Shown: positions 23,999-32,000 of the stretch, one piece after another
How the letters are laid out: each line of letters begins with the position of its first letter
Numbering within the stretch: the first letter of the stretch is position 1
From: Nostoc sp.
Lineage (GTDB): Bacteria; Cyanobacteriota; Cyanobacteriia; Cyanobacteriales; Nostocaceae
DNA length: 32,000 nt
Direction: 5' to 3'
Assembly (NCBI RefSeq): GCF_036919555.1
Contig: NZ_JBALCS010000100.1
Coordinates: 69,934-101,933 of the forward strand
Program-made: the position numbers and the translations under genes
The notes under the pieces: generated by a model
Told to the model about the DNA's origin: nothing
The model's database searches: none
Seen by the model: the letters and a program-made list of their open reading frames with translations, nothing else

Positions 23999-25840
23999 CT
24001 AAAGATCCATACCCCTTTGCTTAAACATTCCCATCAATTTATGTTTCCGAGCGTGGGTTTGCATCAAGTTTTCCCGATAGCTTAACCAGTCTGCTTTCTT
24101 CCCAGATTCCAAGTAGGCATTACGTGCCTTTTTCAACCATTCAACCGCATAGTAGTAGTATTCGGCTTTACCTGCATTCATAATCTTTTCGGCACGACGA
24201 CAAGCATTAGCAATCACCCAACCCGGATTGTGAGGGATAGCAGCATCCATGACTCGGTGAATCAACTCGGAATAATAAGAACTGAGTTCACTAACGATCG
24301 CAATTGCATCATCAATTAGCCCTTCATATAAAAATATATCCACCTTGTCTGATTCTGTTCCCCAACCACTATCAGTACGGATAATTTTCAGCAGGTCTGT
24401 TTTGAGGCTTTCCCAATTTTCCCCAGCCAATTCTGTCATCTTTTGGTAGTCAACAAAGCAAGGTTTGACTTGAAAAGCCGCCTTGATTGCTAATAAAGCA
24501 GCTTGACTATTACCCCATTCCAGAGCCAAATCACTTGTCCAAATTCCCAATTCGTACTGACAATTACCCGGTAAATTTAATCCACTCTGGGCTATATCTA
24601 GTGCTTGCTGTAATGCCCCCTGAACGCTGAGTGTTTTCGCTAAAGCAAAGGCTTCTTCCATTGAGTTCATCTGGGTTTGAGCAGCATCAATTGCTTCTTC
24701 CACTCTACCTAAACGCCCTAGCATTGTTAGATACTGCTGGGTTTGTCCTTCCGCTTCTGCTAAATATAGGTATTCTTGGTAACGTTCCTGACGTTCGAGA
24801 ATTTTCAGCCGAATTAGTGCCAAATCATCTGCATAATCTGGCACGTCTTCTTCCCAAGCTCCCCTTTCGGTGATATTACCTTGGATAACTTGCACCAGTG
24901 GCGGATAATCCCAACCTTGGCGTAAAGCCTCCATAACTAGGCCAAAATCAGCATTCCATTCATCTTGCCAGGTTTCCAAATTTATTTGAATATCAACTTT
25001 TTCTTCTGGGGTCAGCTCCACACTGAGAATTGCTTCACACCAGGCATTATTCAATTCTCCGACAATTTGATCATTTTCAACGCCGTATTCTGCAACCTCA
25101 TGCCAATTTTCCACACAGGTAGAGGTAATCACTTCTAAAATAGCGATCGCATTTTCACCCTCTCCCTGTTCGCTAAAATCTATCGCAGTTTGGACTACAC
25201 TCAGCAATTCCCCGGCAATCGGGTCTTCTTCGCACCCCTCCTCAAAGTAACGCACGGCATCCCGGAGAATCTGCCGTACTTGTCCCCGAAAGGGAGCCGG
25301 ATCAATAGTACTACGGCGCAGAGGTTTTGTGGTTGTTTCCTCCCCAGCAGGATTGATCATCCAATTAACATGGCGGTTAATCGCCTCGATTAGTGGTGGG
25401 TATTCTGTTACCAAATTTTGCAGCAGCCTTTGAGTTTGGATATGATCCAAGCGATCGAGTAGTTGTTCTAAGGTAGGGCGCTGCTCAATATTTTCTGAGT
25501 TACGCGCACAAACGAGCATCGTCGCTACAATGTGTTTGCACCAACCCTCAAAGTTGTAACCACAGGTACAGTTGACTGAGGTTAACCCACTGCTATCGAA
25601 ACTCAGATTGACATGATCAGGTCTAGTTTGATTGCCCATAACATCTGCCTGAAGCAGATGACCACGTTGGGTAACAGCATTGACAGCACCAGCTGCATAG
25701 TATGCCTCGCCCTGCTGGAAAGATTTGGCGTTAGCATGACGGCGGATAGTAAATTCACTAATTTGGGGAATAGACATGGAGCAATTGCCATTGGATTTAG
25801 TCACAGATTTTTGTAGTAAAGCAGAGTTAAGCGTAGTCAT
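23999..25840 (-). CDS. SWIM zinc-finger domain protein with a long helical-repeat C-terminal region
   Basis: 613 aa. The SWIM CxCx(n)CxH signature is VNCTCGYNFEGWCKHIVATML. The remainder is alpha-helical and TPR/HEAT-like by composition. Confidence 0.8.
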   Translation of the reverse strand: MTTLNSALLQKSVTKSNGNCSMSIPQISEFTIRRHANAKSFQQGEAYYAAGAVNAVTQRGHLLQADVMGNQTRPDHVNLSFDSSGLTSVNCTCGYNFEGWCKHIVATMLVCARNSENIEQRPTLEQLLDRLDHIQTQRLLQNLVTEYPPLIEAINRHVNWMINPAGEETTTKPLRRSTIDPAPFRGQVRQILRDAVRYFEEGCEEDPIAGELLSVVQTAIDFSEQGEGENAIAILEVITSTCVENWHEVAEYGVENDQIVGELNNAWCEAILSVELTPEEKVDIQINLETWQDEWNADFGLVMEALRQGWDYPPLVQVIQGNITERGAWEEDVPDYADDLALIRLKILERQERYQEYLYLAEAEGQTQQYLTMLGRLGRVEEAIDAAQTQMNSMEEAFALAKTLSVQGALQQALDIAQSGLNLPGNCQYELGIWTSDLALEWGNSQAALLAIKAAFQVKPCFVDYQKMTELAGENWESLKTDLLKIIRTDSGWGTESDKVDIFLYEGLIDDAIAIVSELSSYYSELIHRVMDAAIPHNPGWVIANACRRAEKIMNAGKAEYYYYAVEWLKKARNAYLESGKKADWLSYRENLMQTHARKHKLMGMFKQRGMDL

Positions 25841-26117
25841 AACTATCTTTTAGATGTAATCTTTTGAATTGATTCAAGTTACCTCCATACCTAACTCCTT
25901 TTATCCTAATTTCCAATCTTGTTGCAGACTGCACAACTACACGTCCAGTCGCTTCCTTAATACCGAATTATTCCGTTATTCAATGCCCCCTGTGTAAATC
26001 CTCTGGATAAATCTTAAATCCAGCTTAGGTGTTAGGCTAACGCGCTGTAAAGAAATTCAAAGGTGTGGGGAATCGGGAGTCTGGATGAGACTGTAATTTC
26101 TATTCATTAACTAGCTC

Positions 26118-26276
26118 ACGGGATGTGCGACTTCTTCTTAAAACCCCACTTCCATTCCTCTCCCCGTTGGGGTTAGCCTGCCGTTAGGCAAGGGTCGAGA
26201 GGCTTTAAGTCTTGCTCCCCTTCCCTACCAGGTTTGGGGCTGGGGGTTAGGTTTGAGAGAAAGTTGCACACCGCGT
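26118..26276 (+). mobile_element. MITE-like small dispersed repeat with imperfect ~20-bp terminal inverted repeats and a 6-7-bp flanking direct repeat (TAGCTC[A])
   Basis: The left end acgggatgtgcgacttcttc matches the reverse complement of the right end, acgcggtgtgcaactttctc, at 15/20 positions. tagctca occurs at 26112-26118 and 26277-26283. The interior is homologous to 5699-5810 in the opposite orientation. Confidence 0.75.
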
Positions 26277-26576
26277 TAGCTCAGAACTGGGAATTAGCTT
26301 TACTATCAGGCAAATAGTCACCTACTTTCTTGTTGCTTTTCTGGGAAAACCAACTTATATAATGAAAACATCCATATTTTCCCCAGAAGTCAGTGAATCA
26401 TAATTTGAGTTAGCAACACCCGAACCTTAAATCAGTGAACAGTCAACAGTAAACACTCCTGATAGTGTATGGTGAGTGATTTAGAGTCAAGGGATAAAAC
26501 TGATAACTGTTAAAGGGGTTGCACTGATTGTCGGTCAAGTTGAGAATAAATAGACGAAGCACACGGGGAAACTAAC

Positions 26577-28007
26577 GTGAGTCAAGAATTTGATTACGAT
26601 TTAGTAATTATCGGCGCTGGTGTAGGCGGACATGGCGCAGCCTTACACGCCGTAAGTTGCGGTCTGAAAACAGCGATTATTGAAGCTGCTGATATGGGAG
26701 GAACCTGTGTTAATCGGGGCTGTATTCCTTCTAAAGCACTGCTGGCAGCATCTGGACGTGTGCGGGAGTTACGCAATGCCCACCACCTCAAGTCACTAGG
26801 AATTCAAGTTGGTAGCGTGGAATTCGATCGCCAAGCGATCGCTAATCATGCTAGTAATCTCGTATCGAAAATTCAAGGCGACTTAACCAACAGCCTCAAA
26901 CGTCTAAAAGTCGATATCATCAGGGGTTGGGGAAAAATCGCTGGGGCGCAAAAAGTCTCCATCACCACAGACGGTGGTGAAAAAACCATCACAGCCAAAG
27001 ACATTATCCTTTCTCCTGGTTCAATTCCTTTTGTGCCTCCAGGGATTGAAGTAGACGGCAAAACTGTCTTTACCAGCGATCAAGGCGTCAAGTTAGAGTC
27101 ATTACCAGACTGGATGGCGATTATTGGCAGTGGTTACATCGGCTTAGAATTTTCTGATATTTACTCAGCTTTGGGTTGTGAAATCACCATGATTGAAGCC
27201 CTAGATCAGCTAATGCCAGGATTTGACCGCGATATTGCCAAACTTGCCGAACGAGTGCTGATTACTCCCCGCGATATTGAAACGAAAGTAGGGATATACG
27301 CCAAAAAAGTCATTCCCGGTTCACCTGTGGTGATTGAGTTAGCAGATTTCAAAACCAAAGAAGATTTAGATGTGATCGAAGTAGATGCTTGCTTGGTAGC
27401 TACGGGACGCATCCCCGCGACCAAAAATCTCGGTTTAGAGTCTGTGGGTGTGGAAATTGATCGGCGGAATTTTATCCCAGTTGACGATCGCATGGCAGTG
27501 TTGTCAGCCGGTGAAGTAGTACCGCATTTGTGGGCAATTGGCGATGCTAATGGGAAGATGATGTTGGCACATGCGGCTTCTGCTCAAGGCATCATCGCGG
27601 TAGAAAACATAGTTGGGAGGGAAAAAATAGTAGACTATCGCAGCATCCCGGCCGCGGCATTTACCCATCCAGAAGTCAGCTATGTGGGCTTAACGGAAAC
27701 CGCAGCGAAGGAGTTGGGACAAACCGAAGGCTTTGAAATCGCCACCAGTAAAAGTTACTTCAAAGGGAATTCCAAAGCGTTAGCAGAAAATGAAGCCGAC
27801 GGGATTGCCAAGGTGATATATCGCAAAGACACCGGAGAAGTCTTAGGCGTTCACATTTTCGGACTGCACGCCTCAGACTTAATTCATGAAGCGTCAGCCG
27901 CGATCGCAAACCGTCAATCTGTGCAAAGCCTTGCACATCTAGTTCACGCCCACCCGACACTTTCCGAAGTCTTGGACGAAGCTTATAAACGAGCGATCGC
28001 CATCTAA
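26577..28007 (+). CDS. lpdA: Dihydrolipoyl dehydrogenase (E3 component)
   Basis: 476 aa with a GTG start. FAD motif: [15 protein letters not shown]. Redox-active disulfide: [16 protein letters not shown] motif: [11 protein letters not shown]-terminal interface: HAHPTLSE. Confidence 0.93.
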   Translation: MSQEFDYDLVIIGAGVGGHGAALHAVSCGLKTAIIEAADMGGTCVNRGCIPSKALLAASGRVRELRNAHHLKSLGIQVGSVEFDRQAIANHASNLVSKIQGDLTNSLKRLKVDIIRGWGKIAGAQKVSITTDGGEKTITAKDIILSPGSIPFVPPGIEVDGKTVFTSDQGVKLESLPDWMAIIGSGYIGLEFSDIYSALGCEITMIEALDQLMPGFDRDIAKLAERVLITPRDIETKVGIYAKKVIPGSPVVIELADFKTKEDLDVIEVDACLVATGRIPATKNLGLESVGVEIDRRNFIPVDDRMAVLSAGEVVPHLWAIGDANGKMMLAHAASAQGIIAVENIVGREKIVDYRSIPAAAFTHPEVSYVGLTETAAKELGQTEGFEIATSKSYFKGNSKALAENEADGIAKVIYRKDTGEVLGVHIFGLHASDLIHEASAAIANRQSVQSLAHLVHAHPTLSEVLDEAYKRAIAI

Positions 28008-28010
28008 AAG

Positions 28011-28070
28011 TTAGGAGTCAGGAGTTAATAATTCCTAACTCCTAACTCCTAATTCCTAACTCCTAACTCA
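28011..28070. repeat. Heptamer tandem repeat (CTCCTAA-type, about 5.5 units), whose upstream inverted copy forms a hairpin just after the lpdA stop
   Basis: ttaggagtcaggagttaa (28011-28028) is nearly complementary to the following ttcctaactcctaactcctaattcctaactcctaactca (28032-28070). This is an STRR-like intergenic repeat and may act as a terminator. Confidence 0.7.
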
Positions 28071-28079
28071 GCACTGATT

Positions 28080-28970
28080 ATGCAAATTCGCCGCCGTTCA
28101 CCTAACCCAGCTATTAATGTATCGATATTGCGTTATCAGACTGCCGTGCCTGATGCAGCGCCAAAGAACATCTTGGAGGAAATTGTCTGGCAGAAAGAAG
28201 TAGAATATGACCAAATGCGGGAAAAAGTTCCTTTACAGGAATTGGTCAAGCAGGTACTAACTGCGCCGCCAACTCGTGATTTTATCGCCGCCTTGCGCCA
28301 AGGTAAGACTAAGCCAGCATTGATTGCCGAAGTTAAAAAAGCTTCACCCAGTAAAGGCGTTTTACGAGCAGATTTTGACCCAGTAGCGATCGCTCTTTCT
28401 TATCAGCAAGCCAAAGCTACTTGTATTTCTGTGCTGACCGATGTCAAGTTCTTTCAAGGTAGTTTTGACAACTTAGCCAAGGTTCGGGCTGCCGTAGATT
28501 TGCCGCTACTGTGCAAAGAATTTATCATTTATGCTTACCAGATATACTTGGCGCGGGTTCAGGGTGCAGATGCAATTCTATTGATTGCAGCTATCCTGGG
28601 CGATCAAGATTTGCAATACTTCCTGAAAATTGCTAATAAACTGAAAATGGCAGCCTTGATTGAAGTCCATAATTTGGTAGAACTTGACCGTGTGTTAGCC
28701 TTAGATGGGGTCTCCTTAGTAGGAATTAATAATCGCAATTTGGAAGATTTCTCTGTTGACCTGCAAACTACTTGCCAACTTTTAGCTGCAAGAGGTAGCC
28801 AATTGCAGGAGAAAAACATCCTTGTTGTCAGCGAGTCAGGACTACACAACCCAGATGATTTGAGTTTGGTACTTACAGCAGGTGCATCTGCGGTACTCAT
28901 TGGAGAATCTTTGGTAAAACAACCAGATCCCGGCGCAGCGATAGGCCGTATCTTGCCGACGAATTTCTGA
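28080..28970 (+). CDS. trpC: Indole-3-glycerol phosphate synthase
   Basis: 296 aa with the motifs [44 protein letters not shown]. Confidence 0.92.
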   Translation: MQIRRRSPNPAINVSILRYQTAVPDAAPKNILEEIVWQKEVEYDQMREKVPLQELVKQVLTAPPTRDFIAALRQGKTKPALIAEVKKASPSKGVLRADFDPVAIALSYQQAKATCISVLTDVKFFQGSFDNLAKVRAAVDLPLLCKEFIIYAYQIYLARVQGADAILLIAAILGDQDLQYFLKIANKLKMAALIEVHNLVELDRVLALDGVSLVGINNRNLEDFSVDLQTTCQLLAARGSQLQEKNILVVSESGLHNPDDLSLVLTAGASAVLIGESLVKQPDPGAAIGRILPTNF

Positions 28971-28982
28971 AAGCAACACCGT

Positions 28983-29004
28983 CCCTGCGCGAAGGGGCGC
29001 AGGG
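28983..29004 (+). terminator. GC-rich hairpin 13 nt after the trpC stop (8-bp stem ccctgcgc/gcgcaggg, 6-nt loop), non-canonical (no U-tract)
   Basis: Read directly: ccctgcgc-gaaggg-gcgcaggg. Confidence 0.4.
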
Positions 29005-29214
29005 CAACTAACTGCACACAATAACCGAGCGGCCACACTATGCGTAGATACGCAGCACTTTGCTGTTAAGTTATCATCAATATCTTTGCCAAATCTTCAT
29101 TGCTAATCAAATAAAAGCCATAAGCAACTAGTTATTTCTTATGTAACAATTCATTAACAAGAGACAAACTCTGACTAAGACAAAATCCCAAATATAAAAT
29201 CAAAATTTAACTTC

Positions 29215-29466
29215 ATGGAGCAAATTCCTCTACCTTCACCTATTCACTACGAACTTATACTTCAACTTTTAGAAAGACAAACCATGTTAGCGGTAAATGA
29301 TAATCCAGATTTACGGCATCAAGTGAATCAGCTAATTATTACTCTCCGTAAAGCTGCTGTGCAGCAAAAACGACTAGAAGAAATTTGCGAGTTTTCCTCT
29401 GTAACTATTGATCACCGTTGGTCGATCAACCATCATAACAATAGCAAAGTTGTTGCCCCTGATTGA
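29215..29466 (+). CDS. Hypothetical protein (83 aa)
   Basis: ORF only. I recognise no motif. It sits 82 nt upstream of the carbonic anhydrase gene on the same strand. Confidence 0.4.
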   Translation: MEQIPLPSPIHYELILQLLERQTMLAVNDNPDLRHQVNQLIITLRKAAVQQKRLEEICEFSSVTIDHRWSINHHNNSKVVAPD

Positions 29467-29548
29467 AGCTGATAACTTAATATTGATTTAGAGGAAACTG
29501 TAGATCAGCTAAAATATTGATCATATTCTCTCTCGAATTTGACGAAAG

Positions 29549-30217
29549 ATGAAATATAACAGCATTGATGAACTCTTCAGAAATAATCAGGCTTGGGTTG
29601 CGGAGAAACTGATTCTAGACCCAACTTACTTTCAAGAATTATCAAATGGACAAACACCACCTTTTCTATACATTGGGTGTTCTGATAGTCGTCTGGCATT
29701 AACAAGCTTTACCCGTACTGAACCAGGAGAGTTATTTGTACATCGTAATATTGCCAATCAAGTTTCTCTGACGGATATTAACTTTTTAGCCGTTTTAGAA
29801 TATGCAATTTTACATCTTGGGGTGGAACATATTATCGTTTGTGGTCACTACGATTGCGGCGGAATTAAGGCGGCTTTAGAAGGAAGAACCATCGGAATTC
29901 TTGATAACTGGGTAAATCCGATTCGGGAACTATACTTACAGAAACAAGAAGAAATTGATGCCTTGCCAACAAGAGAAGAACGTCTGAATCGTTTGGCGGA
30001 AATCAATGTTGTGGCACAAGTAAAAAATCTTTACCAAACTTCGATGATGCGTCAGGCACTCTATGAACGAAAAGCGCCTATTGTTCATGGCTGGGTACTA
30101 GATATACGCACTGGGCTAATTAAAGATTTGAACGTTTCAACTGTGCAATGGCAATTGCACATCTGCCCCTTACTTCTAGAGTTTAGGCTCTACGCCATGT
30201 TAAAAAATGAGAGTTAA
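29549..30217 (+). CDS. Beta-class carbonic anhydrase
   Basis: 222 aa with the zinc-ligand and active-site motifs GCSDSR, HRNIANQV and VCGHYDCGG. Confidence 0.9.
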   Translation: MKYNSIDELFRNNQAWVAEKLILDPTYFQELSNGQTPPFLYIGCSDSRLALTSFTRTEPGELFVHRNIANQVSLTDINFLAVLEYAILHLGVEHIIVCGHYDCGGIKAALEGRTIGILDNWVNPIRELYLQKQEEIDALPTREERLNRLAEINVVAQVKNLYQTSMMRQALYERKAPIVHGWVLDIRTGLIKDLNVSTVQWQLHICPLLLEFRLYAMLKNES

Positions 30218-30532
30218 TTCGGTATTTATCGCCACACAACAATATACATTTGAGAGGGGATCAATCATGGCTTTACAACTTTTATTTGAAGTGAAATAAA
30301 TAGTTGTTTTTTGTCACACTCTTGTAAATTTTACATCAAAGTTATAAATTATTTTTTTATATTTTTGTCCAATTAGAGTTACTAATAAATATTACTAATA
30401 GAAGAGTCTGTTATGGCTCTGGCTAACGTACCGTGACAGATTAGATTAACAAAGTAACACACTTTAAAAGTTGGATATTTATTTAATTGTAAATCCCCAA
30501 TTTATTTCAATACAGTTCAGTTAAGGATAATT

Positions 30533-30605
30533 GTAGGTTGGGTTTAAGAAGTGAAACCCAACAAACCCTGCAAAATGTTGGGTTTCGTTCCTCAACCCAA
30601 CCTAC
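30533..30605. repeat. Nested palindromic element (outer 12-bp perfect IR gtaggttgggtt/aacccaacctac, inner 10-bp IR gaaacccaac/gttgggtttc), MITE-like
   Basis: Read directly. A further partial copy of the arm (aacccaacc) lies at about 30626-30639. Confidence 0.7.
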
Positions 30606-30783
30606 GCGTGTTAAGGTTTTTGGCTCTAACCCAACCGTATTGCAATTTATTTTTAATTAAGAAGTTGCGGATATCTAATTAATAGCTCTTTTCGTAGAGG
30701 CAATTCATGAATTGCCTCTATGCAAATATTACTCAGAATCAGTAACGCCGAGATTGGTACACTCAAGCTATCCCGACAAAGAA

Positions 30784-30942
30784 TTATTTCTTAGAAATTA
30801 TCCACACTGCATGAATAATCCCAGGAATGTAACCAAAAAGCGTCAAAACTATATTAATCCAAAAGTCTATACCAAAACCTACTTGCAAAAAAACTCCCAA
30901 AGGCGGTAAGAAAATGGCACACAGAAGACGAACTAAATCCAT
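30784..30942 (-). CDS. Pmp3/YqaE (UPF0057) family small hydrophobic stress-induced membrane protein, 52 aa
   Basis: Below the ORF-track size cutoff. The minus-strand translation is MDLVRLLCAIFLPPLGVFLQVGFGIDFWINIVLTLFGYIPGIIHAVWIISKK. It is preceded by a strong RBS (aacaGGAGGttcaaATG). The FLPPLGVF...LT..GY.PG..HA pattern is the family signature. Confidence 0.88.
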   Translation of the reverse strand: MDLVRLLCAIFLPPLGVFLQVGFGIDFWINIVLTLFGYIPGIIHAVWIISKK

Positions 30943-31082
30943 TTGAACCTCCTGTTAATCTCATAAAAACAGCTTGTTGGCGAAGTTATTCACCACTATT
31001 CAAGCATATTTGGACTTTTCAAAGATAACATTTATTCTCTCAATCGAGGTCACGCTTCAGATGCAGTAAACCGCACTCAAGA

Positions 31083-31430
31083 TTAGCCACCGCTAATTTT
31101 AGCTTTATAACCTAGCTTGGTCAAAATCTCGACAATTTTCTGCTTGTGTTCGCCCTGGATTTCAATTTCGTTGTCTTTAATTGTCCCACCTGTCCCACAC
31201 TGGGTTTTCAACTGCTTCACCAAATCGGCCAAGGTTTCCGCTTTGCCTTGAAAACCGCTAATCACTGTGACGGTTTTGCCTTTGCGTCCTTTGCGGGAAG
31301 CTTGTACTTTGAGATTTTGTTGTTGTGGGGGCAGTTCTGGAATTGGTCTTTCTGTGGCGGCAGAGTTGTCGTTGCCAAATTCGCGGTAGACAAAGCCTTT
31401 ATCGGAAGATTTGGGATTGGAAGAAGACAT
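31083..31430 (-). CDS. Translation initiation factor SUI1/YciH family
   Basis: Signature: RKGKTVTVISGF...LKTQCGTGGTIKDNEIEIQGEHKQKIVEILTKLGYKAK. I prefer the start at ATG 31430 (MSSSNPK, 115 aa) over the ORF-track start at 31457, but it is unresolved. Confidence 0.85.
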   Translation of the reverse strand: MSSSNPKSSDKGFVYREFGNDNSAATERPIPELPPQQQNLKVQASRKGRKGKTVTVISGFQGKAETLADLVKQLKTQCGTGGTIKDNEIEIQGEHKQKIVEILTKLGYKAKISGG

Positions 31431-31644
31431 AAAATGAATGTTTAAGAAAAATTTCAAAGGCAGTGGAAACTTCTACGCAACCATTCTGCTGGGATATCAA
31501 TTTCTAGGCTAACATCACAAATCCATTGCAAGGGATTCAAAGTAATTGGGCATGGGGCATTAACGAAAAATTTAGTTCCCAGTCCCCAGATGTGCCCCAG
31601 ACTTTCTATAATAATTAAGTCATTCCCGTCATCAAAATCAACTC

Positions 31645-32000
31645 GTGACTACCACTCCCCTGTCTGCAAGTTCAACTGCTCAGGTTCCCGATACGCTAGG
31701 TCGCTTTGGACGCTTTGGCGGTAAGTATGTACCTGAAACGCTGATGCCTGCTCTTACTGAACTAGAAACAGTTTATCAGCAATACCGTAATGACCCTAGT
31801 TTTCAAGCAGAACTACAGCAGTTATTACGAGATTATGTAGGACGTGCCACACCATTGTATTTCGCTGAACGCTTGACTGCTCATTATGCCCGACCCGATC
31901 GCACCGGACCACAAATTTACTTAAAGCGCGAGGATTTAAATCATACTGGCTCTCACAAAATTAATAATGCCCTCGGTCAGGTATTGTTGGCAAAGCGCAT
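31645..32000 (+). CDS. trpB: Tryptophan synthase beta chain, 5' part (continues beyond the window)
   Basis: Not in the ORF track because of the window edge. Translation from GTG 31645 reads [41 protein letters not shown]...[13 protein letters not shown]...[26 protein letters not shown]. This contains the classic TrpB N-terminal and PLP-lysine (HTGSHKIN) motifs. Confidence 0.9.
   Translation, partial: MTTTPLSASSTAQVPDTLGRFGRFGGKYVPETLMPALTELETVYQQYRNDPSFQAELQQLLRDYVGRATPLYFAERLTAHYARPDRTGPQIYLKREDLNHTGSHKINNALGQVLLAKR

Noticed and set aside
5699-26276. Two inverted copies of the same MITE family bracketing about 20 kb, as if forming a composite transposon
   Set aside because: The interval contains core genes (tRNA-Val, mazG, proA, signalling genes). 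One copy is truncated, and such repeats are expected to be abundant genome-wide. The bracketing is most likely coincidental.
30712-30909. 65-aa plus-strand ORF
   Set aside because: It is antisense to a convincing Pmp3-family gene that has a strong RBS. Its own sequence has no motif and no RBS.
28080-32000. trpC and trpB near each other as a possible split trp operon
   Set aside because: They are separated by four unrelated genes on both strands (a hypothetical, beta-CA, Pmp3, SUI1). Scattered trp genes are normal in cyanobacteria, so this is not noteworthy.

Overview
The window looks like chromosomal DNA from a filamentous, Nostocales-type cyanobacterium. The evidence is many GCGATCGC (HIP1) palindromes (for example 31-38, 154-161 and several between 9820 and 9990), heptamer tandem repeats (STRR-like) in intergenic DNA, small MITE-like dispersed repeats, and typical gene content. 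All calls rest on by-eye motif recognition; no database search or computation was run.

Most of the window is ordinary housekeeping and signalling genes:
- Housekeeping: mazG, proA, lpdA, trpC, a trpB 5' end, a beta-carbonic anhydrase, a SUI1/YciH factor, a Pmp3-type small membrane protein and tRNA-Val(UAC).
- Signalling: a class III nucleotide cyclase, a STAS protein convergent with a REC-PP2C phosphatase, an FHA-PAS-GAF-GGDEF-EAL protein, and a DUF4118-PAS sensor N-terminus.

The accessory, defence-island-like segment is about 2.1-10.3 kb and ends at the 3' side of tRNA-Val. It contains:
- an XPB-like SF2 helicase overlapping a DUF790/Bax1-type nuclease;
- a VapBC toxin-antitoxin pair packed directly behind them;
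- a stand-alone RecB-family PD-(D/E)XK nuclease;
- the most interesting module: a 153-aa helical protein with a hydrophobic N-terminal helix, encoded 4 nt upstream of an effector-less NB-ARC + TPR STAND/NLR-like NTPase.

The small protein's C-terminus carries two copies of a short Q...VG[DS] motif, and one copy recurs at the extreme N-terminus of the NLR. This matches the architecture of the fungal HET-S/NWD2 system and of bacterial Bell/BASS amyloid-templated cell-death signalling. The NLR's TPR sensor array is made of ten 126-bp units. It shows a recent 252-bp duplication and is interrupted by a single in-frame TAA.
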